A DNA stretch of 54,832 bases, counting the filler, from Streblomastix strix (lineage: Eukaryota), in assembly GCA_008636045.1 (NCBI GenBank). It is 3 parts of 3 records of this genome, joined end to end, with 100 filler letters (N's around TTAATTAATTAA, not from the genome) between each part and the next. Parts side by side here need not be neighbours in the genome. Positions count along the whole stretch, not along the records: positions 36,641 to 54,832 come from SNRW01000630.1; 2 more parts are not named here. One strand, written 5' to 3'. Shown piece by piece: positions 40,205 through 51,663 of this stretch. Within the stretch, counting starts at the first letter, position 1. Each line of letters begins with the position of its first letter. Both the position numbers and the translations under genes were made by a program. The notes beneath the pieces were generated by a model that worked only from the letters and a program-made list of their open reading frames with translations, was not told where the DNA came from and ran no database searches.

Positions 40205-40293
40205 TTATTTTTCTCAATTATTGTTTAGTTGGCCAGTTGGCCACAGCTTTTTGTGGTAGCTTTTGACTCGGTCCAGTCCATCGACTCGGTCCA
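40205..40293 (-). repeat. Intergenic repeat R2 (-), inverted partner of R3
   Basis: 83/89 identical to the reverse complement of 43752-43840. Confidence 0.95.
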
Positions 40294-40358
40294 TAAATAT
40301 TCAATAAATGATTTTTATTTCATTGAGTATTTATTTAACTGTTTCATTTTTTTATTGA

Positions 40359-42080
40359 ATGTAAAAGATGAATAGATTCTTAATGAAAGCCACACATTTA
40401 CAACAAGCAGGGACCATTGAAGAAACAATATTAGATAATGCCGTTGTTCCATTCACTAATGACGGAGAACATCATTATTCAATTAAGGAAATCAAACCAG
40501 AATCTTAAATGCCAGCGTTATTTGATAAGGAGATTATTATAAGTTTATCAGATACTGACCACGACATCATATAGATATAAAATTCGTTCTTGTCAGTAGT
40601 GCTGACAGCTAATATCTAACTCGATGATAAATTTGATAAAATTGACGAATCATATAAAGACGGATTGGTTCTATTCGTAGGTCTCAAATCAGGTTCAAAT
40701 CTTATTAGAGAATATACAATCTACCATAGAGGTAAAACCATCGATGGAAGCCTATAGAATGACGCAACAACTGAATCATTCATTTATAACACAATGAAGC
40801 CAAAAAGTGAGAAAAATAATAGAAAACATATCCATTCCCTTTATGAGAATATTCATAATTTTGATACATCAGCGTGTGGAACATATGTAAGTATGCAAGA
40901 GATTGAAGAGCTAACAGGAAATCAAACAGCGGTTCCATATACAATTCCAATACGTTTCAGAGTCAGTATTCCACTTGATGACATCTTGATATTCTCTGCC
41001 TTCACTGATTATCCTAATGGCCTATTTGGCGATTTAAAAATAAAATTCAAAATTAATCCTCATACATTCGTTTTCTATTAAGTGAATCCAATTATTTCAA
41101 TGGCTAAATATTATATTATGAATAATGATGAATTATTGGGTAGTAGCCAGTAGAAGCTAATGGATATTGATTTGATGCTCAGAAATTGGAGCCTGACATT
41201 CTAATATACCAAATAATTTACATAATTGGGATGCACTGCTAACTTGATTACAAGACTACATGCGGAACCACTAACTGAGTCAGGACTGAAAAATTTAGTA
41301 TGCGACATCAAACCCGTTACCATAAGCATAAAAAATTATGTCATAACAGAGGTCACGGCTAATATGGCAGGTTATAAAGCTACTGATGCATACCTTAATC
41401 GAGTCCGTTAATTCTACAGCTAACGTCCATTTGTTGTCCCTGCTCAGCGTGTGGAAGTATGGCCATTTCCAACATCTGCTACTTTACCGGGAATACGAAC
41501 ATCTTAAGATATTCCTCTATCTCACGTAACTGACTTATGTCTTCTATTTCTTAAAGATGCAAGAGCTACGACTTGCTTTGAAAATATTTGCTATCAGAAC
41601 ATGCAAGTAACCACCTGCGGACGTAATTTCCCAGATATGCCTATGAATACGCTTGACCAATAATTCTTCTAATTATAACTCAATGCGTCAAATCTTGACA
41701 TATTATTCGAAGCTACTGATGAATTTGAAGATGCATTGACAACACCAAGAAATACCGCAACCTAAAGATTGAACCCTAATACAGAATTAACAAGCTTTTT
41801 GAAAACTCTTTAATATGAAAGGAACAGCAACGGAGCACTGACTTTTGACAGACTAGACACTCAGAACCAAAATACTTCTGTCGAACTCAGAGGAGCACCA
41901 ATTTATTAAGGAGCTACAGATTCATACTATAACGTAGATACAAGTGGAAAGAGACCGCCACCTCTTATTTTATGCACAGTTCATGATACGTTTTGGTTAT
42001 TTTCACCTGCAGCGGGTAGAAGTTGCATATATGATACTAACCATTCATTTGATGAGGTGATTGGATCACTAATTGCTTGA
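40359..42080 (+). CDS. Probable major capsid protein (double jelly-roll) of a metamonad Polinton-like virus, intact 573 aa
   Basis: Uninterrupted frame with TAR=Gln (MQKMNRFLMKATH...LFVGLKSGSNLIREYTIYH...FRVSIPLDDILIFSAFTDYPNGLFGDLKIKFKIN...FDEVIGSLIA*); beta-strand-rich, size and context typical of an MCP. The fold assignment is inference. Confidence 0.7.
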
Positions 42081-42193
42081 AATAATTGAACATTTTTATT
42101 TTTTTATTTGTATATATAACTAACACCTAAGCATTAATAATATGGTTAATAAAATAAATCATTAGTTATTTTTTTTATTTTATTTCGTAATAA

Positions 42194-43353
42194 ATGGCTT
42201 CAAATATGATATCTACATAAAACTTAAAATATTACACTATAACATAAAACGATGGAGTTGTTATCGGAGAAATCGGATAGAATGGAGTTGGTTTTGCATT
42301 ACCTTATGCGTTTGTAAATTCTGATAATTAAAGAAAAATAATATTCTGCTAATGTCATTGTTCAAACTTAGGCGCCAACGAATACATTTCTGTTCATAGT
42401 TCAATGGTTCAAGAAGAATTATATTTCGATTAATTTGTTGTTTATTGTAATGAAAAACGATTTTATAAGCCTTTCATCTAATACAACCACAACAGATATT
42501 TATATATATGGTTCTGTTAAAATTAAGAATTAATGGACATAAATTAATAATTAAAATTTGTTCTTGACTTGATGCTTGAATATTGAAAACGTTGTCGAGG
42601 CAAAAACGTATTAGCCCATTGATGCATATATTTTTATTCAAATCATGGGTCCAATTCGTCGGCTGAAATTCAGCCAACGAAAAATAAGATAAAAATACTC
42701 GTGCTTTTGAGTCCGCATCAAAAAGGGCGGACCAATTATTTTATCAAATTAGTTAAGGATTTGATAACGAATATAAAGGTTATTACATTCATCCTATTTT
42801 GATTAATTATGTTGCAATATGGATAAATCCGAAATATGCCGTATATGTTCGTAAAATTATGGATTTATTTGATGAAAGAATACATTTGGAACATTAATTA
42901 GATGATTCCACAAGTATGGCAGAATAAGCTTCAATAACATTTGATAGAGATATGGAAGAAATGAAAGCAAAAAATAACGAATTAAAGGAATAAATTTAAT
43001 TGAAAGATAAAGAAAATAAATAATTGGAAACGCGCGCTGTTCCTGATGGTTATTAAACAGATTATATATTGGCTGTTTTGGTAGAAGATGATGATGTGAA
43101 CGATAACGCTATCCTTAATATCATTCGTAGAAATAAATACTGCACGAGTAAAAAATCAATGAGAGAATTAAAGGATAGTCAATTATTCTATGAAAAAATA
43201 CCTATAAGTATGTCGAAAAATTATGAAATAAAAGATTAGTTATATGAAATGTTTGGAGATTAAATAAAGTTTCATAAGTGCAGATACATCTTTAAACCCG
43301 AACTAATGGATGACGTTATTGATTTTATAAAGCATAAGATGGAACACAAATGA
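42194..43353 (+). pseudogene. KilA-N domain protein, disrupted
   Basis: KGYYIHPILINYVAIWINPKYAVYVRKIMD is the KilA-N C-terminal signature, followed by a coiled coil; several in-frame TGA and frameshifts in the 5' half. Confidence 0.85.
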
Positions 43354-43387
43354 ACGACATTATTTATTTTATTTTTGCAGAAATAAA

Positions 43388-43738
43388 ATGGAAAAAATAT
43401 TATTTGATAACAGAAAACACAATTAATTTACTTCAAAATTATAAATAGAATTAGATTAATAAGATAACGAGGAGGGGATCGAAGGTTAGATTAAATGACA
43501 TAAATATTTTGAGAACTTAAAGGATTTCAAATAATTTATTTCCCAAAATTAATAATAACTATCTAAACTATCAATGTAAAAATTAAACAAATTATATAAA
43601 TTGGAAGGCTATAAGTTATCAAAAATAGAAGGTCAAGTATGTATAAGAACTTGCGCAAAAGATTAACTGAATAAGATTGAGTATAAATTAGACTAGTTTT
43701 TGGATGTTCTGAACCATTTGGTTTAAGCGCTGAAATGA
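43388..43738 (+). pseudogene. Small hypothetical viral protein (116 codons, one internal TGA)
   Basis: MEKILFDNRK...QIK*HKYFENLKDFKQFISQNQQQLSKLSMQKLNKLYKLEGYKLSKIEGQVCIRTC...LVQALK*. Confidence 0.55.
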
Positions 43739-43751
43739 ATGACTTTTTGAC

Positions 43752-43840
43752 TGGACCGAGTCGATGGACTGGATTGAGTCAAAAGCTACCACTAAAAGCT
43801 GTGGCCAACTGGCCAACTGGCCAATAATTGAGAAAAATAA
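43752..43840 (+). repeat. Intergenic repeat R3 (+), inverted partner of R2
   Basis: TGGACCGAGTCGATGGACTGGATTGAGTCAAAA-GCTACCAC-TAAAAGCTGT-GGCCAACT-GGCCAACT-GGCCAAT-AATTGAGAAAAATAA. Confidence 0.95.
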
Positions 43841-43863
43841 ATATTTGCTTTTTTCAAATGTTT

Positions 43864-44650
43864 TCAAATTATTTTAACAACTGTTCCACTCATTTCATAT
43901 TATACCACTAATGCATATTACTTAGTTAGTCGAATATATTCATATCATATTGTTTGTTTATCTGATGGTATCGAAGTTTAATAAAAAAATTAATTAAATT
44001 TTAATCCGTTAAATGAACCGAAAAACCGTAATGAATCAAGATTTGATTTAATCGCAGCATCTAAACCAATGATGTCCTATAAACAAAGAAAGTATGTTAT
44101 TCTGGGCTATCTGTTCTTAAATAATTTTTTAAACAGTGGATTATTTTTAATTTTAAATATACTCATTGCATCGTCAAATAAAACAATTGTATGGGGAAAT
44201 TTGACGTCAAAATTACCTTCTCCACTAGCACCAAGTACATTGGTTAATATATCATCTTTTGATTCTTCAGTTAGTTCTTTTTATAATTATTTTTCTTATA
44301 TTTCATCATGCGCTTATTTGCATTCAATCAAATCATTCAGCACTTAATCCGCTTCGGCATATGGAATAATTTTAGTCGGAATTATAATCAAATCCTTCAC
44401 CTTTTTATAAGTGGTGTCATTATTTGAATCGTTGATATATAAACAGTGTATAACAGTGTTTTTTTAATTAACTTAATTTTATTAACTCTTTGAAGACATT
44501 ATACGTCTTGCCACTGCCACGCTAACTTATCAATAAATTTACAGAGTTATATGTAAAATTTAACTGTTTATGAACAATTGTTTAAATTTCGTGCTTATTC
44601 ACTTTTATTTCTTTTAATATATTATCAACTTTTTATGGTAAACTCGCCAT
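43864..44650 (-). pseudogene. A32/FtsK-HerA-like genome packaging ATPase, disrupted
   Basis: Walker A LLISQRGSGKT, Walker B TIVLFDDA, motif C KNRQPRITYFLCLQD; frameshift at ~44438 and an in-frame TGA at ~43946. Confidence 0.88.
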
Positions 44651-44690
44651 TTTTATTATATAAAACTTTTTTTTATCGATAAGAAATAGA

Positions 44691-45773
44691 ATGTCAGAAA
44701 TACTCGATTTAAAATAAATTAAAAATGAAGCAAGAGAAGAATTTGAAGCGGAAAAAGGCTAAGGCTCAGGTGGTAGTGGTGCAGGTGGGATGATGGACAT
44801 TGATAAAATGGAGGATGATTATAATTATTATGAATCACAAGTTATAAGATAGGACGGAATGAAATCACGAGCAAAACCGTTCGGTAGGCTGCCGTTCTAT
44901 CCTAGTATGATTCAAAGAACAAGAAAGCATGCAGGCCCATAATTTAGATAAGAGGCTGGGGACGTTCTTGCTACACTCGTTGGTTATTTGAATAGAGATA
45001 TAAAGAAAATTAATAGGTTATCGTCTGCCGTTAGTGCTCAAAAATATATAAATGATAAGCATTTAGACAAACGATTTAGAGTATTGGAATAAGATTTGGA
45101 TGATAATCAAGCCACTCCTGATAATGTGGTTGTATTTGATAAGAAAAAGAACGCAATTTATTCAGTCGATGGATATACAACAGCAGTAGGATTTGGCGAC
45201 CCAGAGCATTTACATAAAAGAAATTGGAAGAAATAATATTATTCAGATGTTGATGATTTAGAACGAGCAGCATTGGCAGCCAAATTAAAAGCATCTGGTA
45301 TAAAAGGCTGCCCTTACATGAAATGGCTATCAATGACTAAGCCGCATGTAGTAAGAGCGATAAAGGATTATAATTTCAGAGCATTCACCCTCAATGCCAA
45401 AAAATTCATAGATGCTAATGGAGGCGAAAAATTGCCAATGGCAACCAAACAACAAATAATGGGATCAGCTTGGAATTCAGTTCTTATTTCTCCTGCTGTA
45501 GAAATATTAGAAAGATAAGACGGAAAAATAGACATATATAACAGAAGCAATAAAGTAAATATATAAAAAGGAGATTACGAATTTTTGCCACTTGCTAAAA
45601 GATTGTATAAAAAAGAATTGGCTGCCGCTATTACTCAACTATATTAAGCTGAAGATGTCGATGCAAGGATTTAGTAAGCACTTGGATAAGCCATGCAATA
45701 TTATGGTCAAATGCTAACATAAAGATAGCAATAAATAGGAGGTTTAGATTTAGCAAAATATAAGTTCTAATGA
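44691..45773 (+). CDS. Intact 360-aa hypothetical viral protein (possible core/structural protein)
   Basis: Open with TAR=Gln: MSEILDLKQIKNEAREEFEAEKGQGSGGSGAGGMMDID...EQDLDDNQATPDNVVVFD...IYSVDGY...KYKFQ*; divergent from the ATPase across 40 bp. Confidence 0.75.
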
Positions 45774-45783
45774 TTTAGTATAT

Positions 45784-45968
45784 TTATTTTTTCATGTTTC
45801 GACTATTTGGCGGATCGACTGGCTTTTTTGATGAAAGTTTTTGACTCAATCCACCCAATCCACCCAATCCACCAAAAAGTCATTCATTATCTAGTCCATT
45901 TCTTAGTGCCAATTTCATAAAATTCTTCGAGTTTCTAACTCAATCCACTCAATAATTCAATTTATTAA
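45784..45968 (-). repeat. Intergenic repeat R4 (-), inverted partner of R5
   Basis: Minus strand: AATGAATGACTTTTT(GGTGGATTG)x3-AGTCAAAAACTTTCATCAAAAAA-GCCAGTCGATCCGCCAA; 23-bp exact core (45825-45847) shared with R5. Confidence 0.9.
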
Positions 45969-45999
45969 TGTAATTATTTTTTATTTTTATTTTTAATTA

Positions 46000-48900
46000 A
46001 TGGCAGATAAATAGGGGTAAGACTCATAAAGACGACGCACGCCTCCAATTGTGCCTCAAATTGTGCCTCTGTTAAAGACTCTAGAATTTCCAGAACTATT
46101 ACCATTAAATTTACCACTTAATTTACCGCTTAAATAAACATAATAATAAATGATTTAAATGTAAGACTATATAGGATAGGCGCAAGCACGCGATTATTAG
46201 CCAGTGCCATAATTATAAACAGAATAATAATAATAGGTTTTAATTTAGGACTATATTACGTAAATGTAAGCAAGTAATTATTAACTATTGCCTGAATTAT
46301 AAATGGAACAACGACAATAATAATTGATATAAATGCAGAATTATATTACGTAAATGTAAGCACGGAATTATTAACCAGCCCCTTCGGGGCCAGCCGAAGG
46401 CTCATCTGAATTATCACATGAACTGCAACCCGAACATGGTGAAGCTCACGAAGTCGTTAGACTCAGGGAGGATTATCAATTGGATTTAAGGCCTAAAAAA
46501 TTAACTTCAATTGTTATAAGAGAATTATTGTATTTATATGACCCTTAAATATAATAGAAAATAAATATTAATGAATTGAGGTCATAATTTTCATAAATTT
46601 TAGATAAAATCGGTTTAAATCACGGTAGAAACAATAGAGATATAGTTCGAAATGCAATATTTTAATCCGAACCATTTGCAAGACGCATCAAATAAGACAT
46701 TCAGTAAGGCCTTCAAAACGAATAAATTATCGGTGATGCTTACGCTAAATAATTTATGCAAGAATAGAATAACAAATAGCAAATGAACGCTTAAGACGAA
46801 TAGAGCCAACAGCACAATTAATAATTGGAGCAAGTGATGGAAGATTAGCTAGAGAGACATGCAAATTTATTAAAAGAAATTAAAGAATAAAAAATAAACC
46901 TTAAATAAAATTAGAATGAAGATGTATTTAAAAATGTTAAAGATGAAATAAAATAATATAATGAAGAAAATGAGGGCAAGATTTTTAGGCCAATTGATGC
47001 TCTTAACGTCTTATAGAGCACGATTATGTTATGTGAGCCACAACTCGAATAAGAATATGAAAGAAGAATTTAATTTGAGCGAAAACATTTATAAAATTAA
47101 CACGTAAAATATGACCCATTTTGTGTTCATACTATCAGCCCAACAAAAGAATTTTACAAAAATGATTTAAAAAAGATTGAAGATATCGATGCTTATTTAG
47201 ATGAAATATATTATAAAGAATAAAAATTAGCATTCAAAATTGTATTTGATTTTGGGGTGATTATTGAACGAGTTGATGGCTAAGAAAATGATTAATTAAT
47301 AACATATAAAATTAATCATCCCCTTGAAGCTAGAACAGAGATGAGATCTCCAACTACCATACGCACGCACTTAGATTTGGAGGATTATAAAAGATACATT
47401 AGAAACCACATAATTCAAATGCAAGAGAAAACCATCATGGACACCAAAGAGAAAGTAGTAGGTGTATTTTCATTCATGATTTAGGTGTATCGTCTTCCAC
47501 ATGCAGGCGCTGGGTCGTCGAACAATACCATCATTAAAGAAGCATATTATGAGGCGAGAGATTCGATATATTGATACTGAGAAAAATAATTAAAATTTAT
47601 GTTTCTTTCTTGCATATTCATTTATTACAAAGCCAGATATTAAGGCAGATGGTTCAGTGGTGGCCAAGCGTTATAAGGAGCATTCACGTATTGCAGAAGC
47701 TAAACGATTATTTTAAAGAAACTATGGCAAGAAAATAGATGATAATTACTACGGATTCAATTTTGCAACAGAAGCTGATTAATTTATTTAGAATGAAAAT
47801 TTAAATTTTAATGTATTCGCTTATAAAGATACAACGACAGAAACTGGCAGCTCTTCGAGCAGTTATTATCATTGGAAGCAATACAGAAGAAACAAACAGA
47901 ATGAATAAATTAAAGAATTTAATATACTTTTAATAACCGACACAATCAACGAACTACAAACAGCTCACGTTTTTTATATAAATGATGTTGAGGCACTAAC
48001 TGGTTTAAAATATTGTCCTATCTGTGGTGTGCAGGCTTATAAGACCAGAAATTCAAATTTGTAGTCAAAACTAAAAAGGCATATATAAAAATGTTAAAAA
48101 AATGGAGAAAAGATAATAACGAAAGTATATTTAGAAAAATTTCCAAGGCCATACGTTCCACATAAATTGAATAATGTTAGCTATAAGTATCTTTTGGCAC
48201 ATGGTCGAGAGGATGAATTTAAGCCTACTAAAAATTATATAACATATGATATTGAAACCGTTGAAAGAATATTTAATGAAAAATTCGGGAATAATTCAAC
48301 ACAAATTTCAATTCTTGAACCCCTTTAGATTGCAAGCACAATAAAAATAAAAAAGAAAGTCATTAATGGTTCAAATAATGATTCCGTTGATTAAATTTAT
48401 TCGATTTATTTTGACATTCGAACCCCTACCTTTATTAATGTATGGATTAAATAATTGTTTATGGAAACCAGAAAAGTTATTGATTCAATCAAGTATGAAG
48501 ATGAGACGATACCATAGCATTATGAGGTTCCAGTAATTGGCTTCAATTCTTCAAAATTTGATGTTGCATTGATTTTTAAAAATTTATAGAGTGATGAGTG
48601 GCAAATCATTAAATATCTTGGTAGTGGTTCAAGCGCTAAATAAATCATTGTTAAGCATAACATATCAGGAATCAAATTGAGATTCATCGATGCGATGATT
48701 TATTCTACAAAAATGGAATTAAAATAATTCACTAAAGACTTCACACCTAAAGCGTCAGCAACAACGGAAAAATCAGCAATTCCAACCAAATTAAAATTTC
48801 CATATGAATTCATCAACTTAGATAATTATATTTAAGATCTCGATAAATCAGAACCATTTCTCTAAGATGCATTCAGAAACTCAATTAAAAAATAAAAACA

Positions 48901-51074
48901 TCGGCACTGTTAAGTATCAAAATTATTTGGCTGTTGCTTAATAATTTTCGAACAGATGAGATTATCTTCGACACTACAACCTTGAAGATACCCGCTTAAT
49001 GATTGAGCCCTTTGATTACTTAATTGATATGTTCTTCAATTATAAAATTGACATGTAGCAGTTTATGTCGATGTCTGCATGCGCCAATACAATCAAATAT
49101 GCTCTTGCTTATTTAAACTTCAAACTTGATTAAGATTATACGCCAAAAGATGATTATGCTTCGTTTATTTTGACATAAAATTATTGGAACATTAAAGTTT
49201 AAAATTATTTTGATTAGGATAAAAAAAGAAATAGAGATACAAGCAACAACATCAAGGACTCAGATTGTGCGTTCTACAGAAAATTATTTCTATCAACAGG
49301 ATGCCATATTTGTATAGCACGATTCACAAGCAAAAATCCACCAACATTGGATAGAATCAACAACGATAGGTACTATTCTGCAGATAACGTAAAACCGTGC
49401 TGCTTATTCTGTAATAAATTTAAGTCAAATAAAGATGAAAATTTAACAAGATTAGTAATACAATTAAAAAATTTCTGTCTTTTGAAGTCGCTACCTATGA
49501 CAATAACCGATGAAGAAGTTTATTTAATTTTACGTTCTGATATCACTGGCGGACTATCATAAGTCATGCATCGCTATAATGTTGCAGGTGTAACTAAAAT
49601 AAATTAATTAAAATTTATTAACGGAAAAGTCATTAGTTAAGACACAGATTATACAATGACCCATCTTTTGACTCTAGATTTCAATTGTTAAAATCCCAGC
49701 GTTATGAGCTCAGAACCGCATAAGTTCATTAAATATATGCGAAGCTCACGAAGTGCAGGAGGTAAATTATACATGGCAGGATAAATATTGGATAAAATAA
49801 CTGAAAAATAAACAGCTAGAAATTTAATTTATAATCCAAATCGATTTAATGACATTGAAGGTATGCCGCTATTTATCGCAGTTGTTAAAGGACACTTCGA
49901 CGAATAACAAATAAATGATTTTATTAATTTTCTTCCGATACTGAGAAACATTGATATAATGACTGATTAAAACACGTTAGGTTCATACATGAATAATCTG
50001 CTGCTGAAAAATAATATGCATAATAACAAAATTGAATGAAAATTAACAAATTTATCATCGACGCATAGGTAGTTCATGTCATTTAATAATTATTATTTGT
50101 GGCTTCTCATTGATGATTTTCATTTCATTATTGACGATAATTAATGTCTTATAACGTTCTCGAAGCACGATAGATTCAATCCATTTGTTAACGAATTTAT
50201 GAGTCAAAGAATTTAGGCAATAAATGAATAAAATGATGAAAAAAAATAATTCTATAAATAAGCTATGAACTCAAACTATGGAACTGATGGGATGAATTAA
50301 GAAAAATATTCACAAACGAAATTGTTGAGCTCTGATAGGACTTGGTTGTCTCATCTCTAAGGTTCATTCGTTAATGACTAACAAATAACAGATGATTTAT
50401 TTGCTGTGTAATTTAATGCTGAGAGCTGCAACTGCAACACCTGCCTCCATTCTGCTTATTTCGTGTTAGATAATAGTATATATTGATATATAAATTTTAT
50501 TTATAATTTTATGTATAAAGCATTCGATATGAACAGGATGCACTATATTTGTGGTGATACTGATTCGATGACATGGGCCATCAGCGGCAACCCTGATGCA
50601 GAAGAAGGATATAGGTAGAAATTTAAATATGTCATAAAATACTAAAATTTTTTCGATGAAAATTATCCTCTGTTCTTCGGCTAATATAAACAACTATTGG
50701 GAGTCAGTTATGAGGCAGAAGGAACGGCTTGCATTGCTTTAGCTCCAAAAATTCATTATATTTATAATCCTCTGCCTAATGAGAATGAAAAGGATTATTA
50801 TTATTGTTTGAGAGGAATAATATAAAAATAAAATGTTCAGTTGAACGATGAAGCATTTAAATAATCATTAAATGGAGAATAAATTTAAGCTCAAAATATT
50901 ATTCTTGGTCAAAGAAATAAAAAAATGTCAAAAATTTAAATAAATAAAGTTGGTTTATCATCGATTCATAATAAAATGGTTGTTCTTGAAAATTAATGTT
51001 GTGCGCCATTCTTATACATTAACGGGTAGCAATTGAGTTCAGATAATTACATAATTATTAATGATGAGCACTGA
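46000..51074 (+). pseudogene. Protein-primed family B DNA polymerase (pPolB), ~1690 codons, disrupted
   Basis: Exo YITYDIET / IGFNSSKFD / HYNLEDT; polymerase LDFNCQNPS (degenerate motif A), KQAMNSNYGTDG, ICGDTDSM; zinc finger YCPICG...H...C; HNH-like CHIC...TLDRINN...NVKPCCLFCN. Frameshifts at ~47535 and ~48895, TGA at 48957 and 50037. Confidence 0.93.
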
Positions 51075-51125
51075 TGATAGACACTAATAATAAGCATGAA
51101 TAGGAGCGATAAATTGAAGTAGTTT

Positions 51126-51220
51126 GTGAATGGCTTTTGACTGCACCGAGTGCATCGAGTGCATCGAGTCAAAAACTTTCATCAAAAACTGCTGCCAGCC
51201 TGCCATTCTGCCAGATTATT
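51126..51220 (+). repeat. Intergenic repeat R5 (+), inverted partner of R4
   Basis: GAATGGCTTTTGAC(TGCAYCGAG)x3-TCAAAAACTTTCATCAAAAA-CTGC followed by three TGCCA units. Confidence 0.9.
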
Positions 51221-51279
51221 ATTTGAATCATTAACATCTCCATTAATGCTTTTAATTGTTTTATTTTTGCAAGAAATAA

Positions 51280-51663
51280 ATGCAAAACGAAAATAAATTG
51301 TATGAGGAGATACTTCGGACCTTCGCTCGTGATAAATATTAAAGAGAAGAATATGAATTTGAAGTATAATAAGATATCGATGATAAAGCATTTAAAGTTC
51401 ATTATAAAATGACTCTATCAGAGTTTATAAAAAATATCTTTAAAATTGCAAAGAAAAAATATGTCGATGTTATTGCCGAGAAAGCAGATGAAATAATTAT
51501 TGGAAAGCGAACAGTGGCAGATTGGTATTATTATTATATTTCAGTTTAATCGTAGTATGAACCATCAAAATAAAAAAATAAACAGAAAAATAAATCTAAG
51601 AAACTGAAGAATGGCATTAATAAGAAGAAGAAAAACATTCCTAAAGAAAAGAAGAACAATTGA
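51280..51663 (+). pseudogene. N-terminal fragment of an integrase-like ORF
   Basis: TLSEFIKNIFKIAKKK...KADEIIIGKRTVADWYYYYISVQ resembles LSNFITQLKIFKNK...NIEKVIIGEKSITQWYEIFVQ at the N-terminus of the integrase at 23950; no DDE core follows. Confidence 0.55.

Larger units (their letters stand above)
36641..51570. mobile_element. Endogenous Polinton/Maverick-like virus (partial; left end outside the contig, right end truncated in the integrase gene)
   Basis: Dense intronless gene array with pPolB, A32-like ATPase, probable MCP, KilA-N, fiber-like repeat protein and integrase N-terminus. Confidence 0.88.

Noticed and set aside
25238..51074. TGA reassigned to Trp (all three stops recoded)
   Set aside because: The same genes also contain frameshifts, the equivalent Trp is TGG in the other polymerase, and intact genes have no internal TGA and end with it; nonsense mutation explains the pattern.
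39605..51220. CRISPR-like or integron attC-like reading of repeats R1-R5
   Set aside because: Copies are kilobases apart, alternate in orientation and are not palindromic; no cas or integron integrase gene is present.
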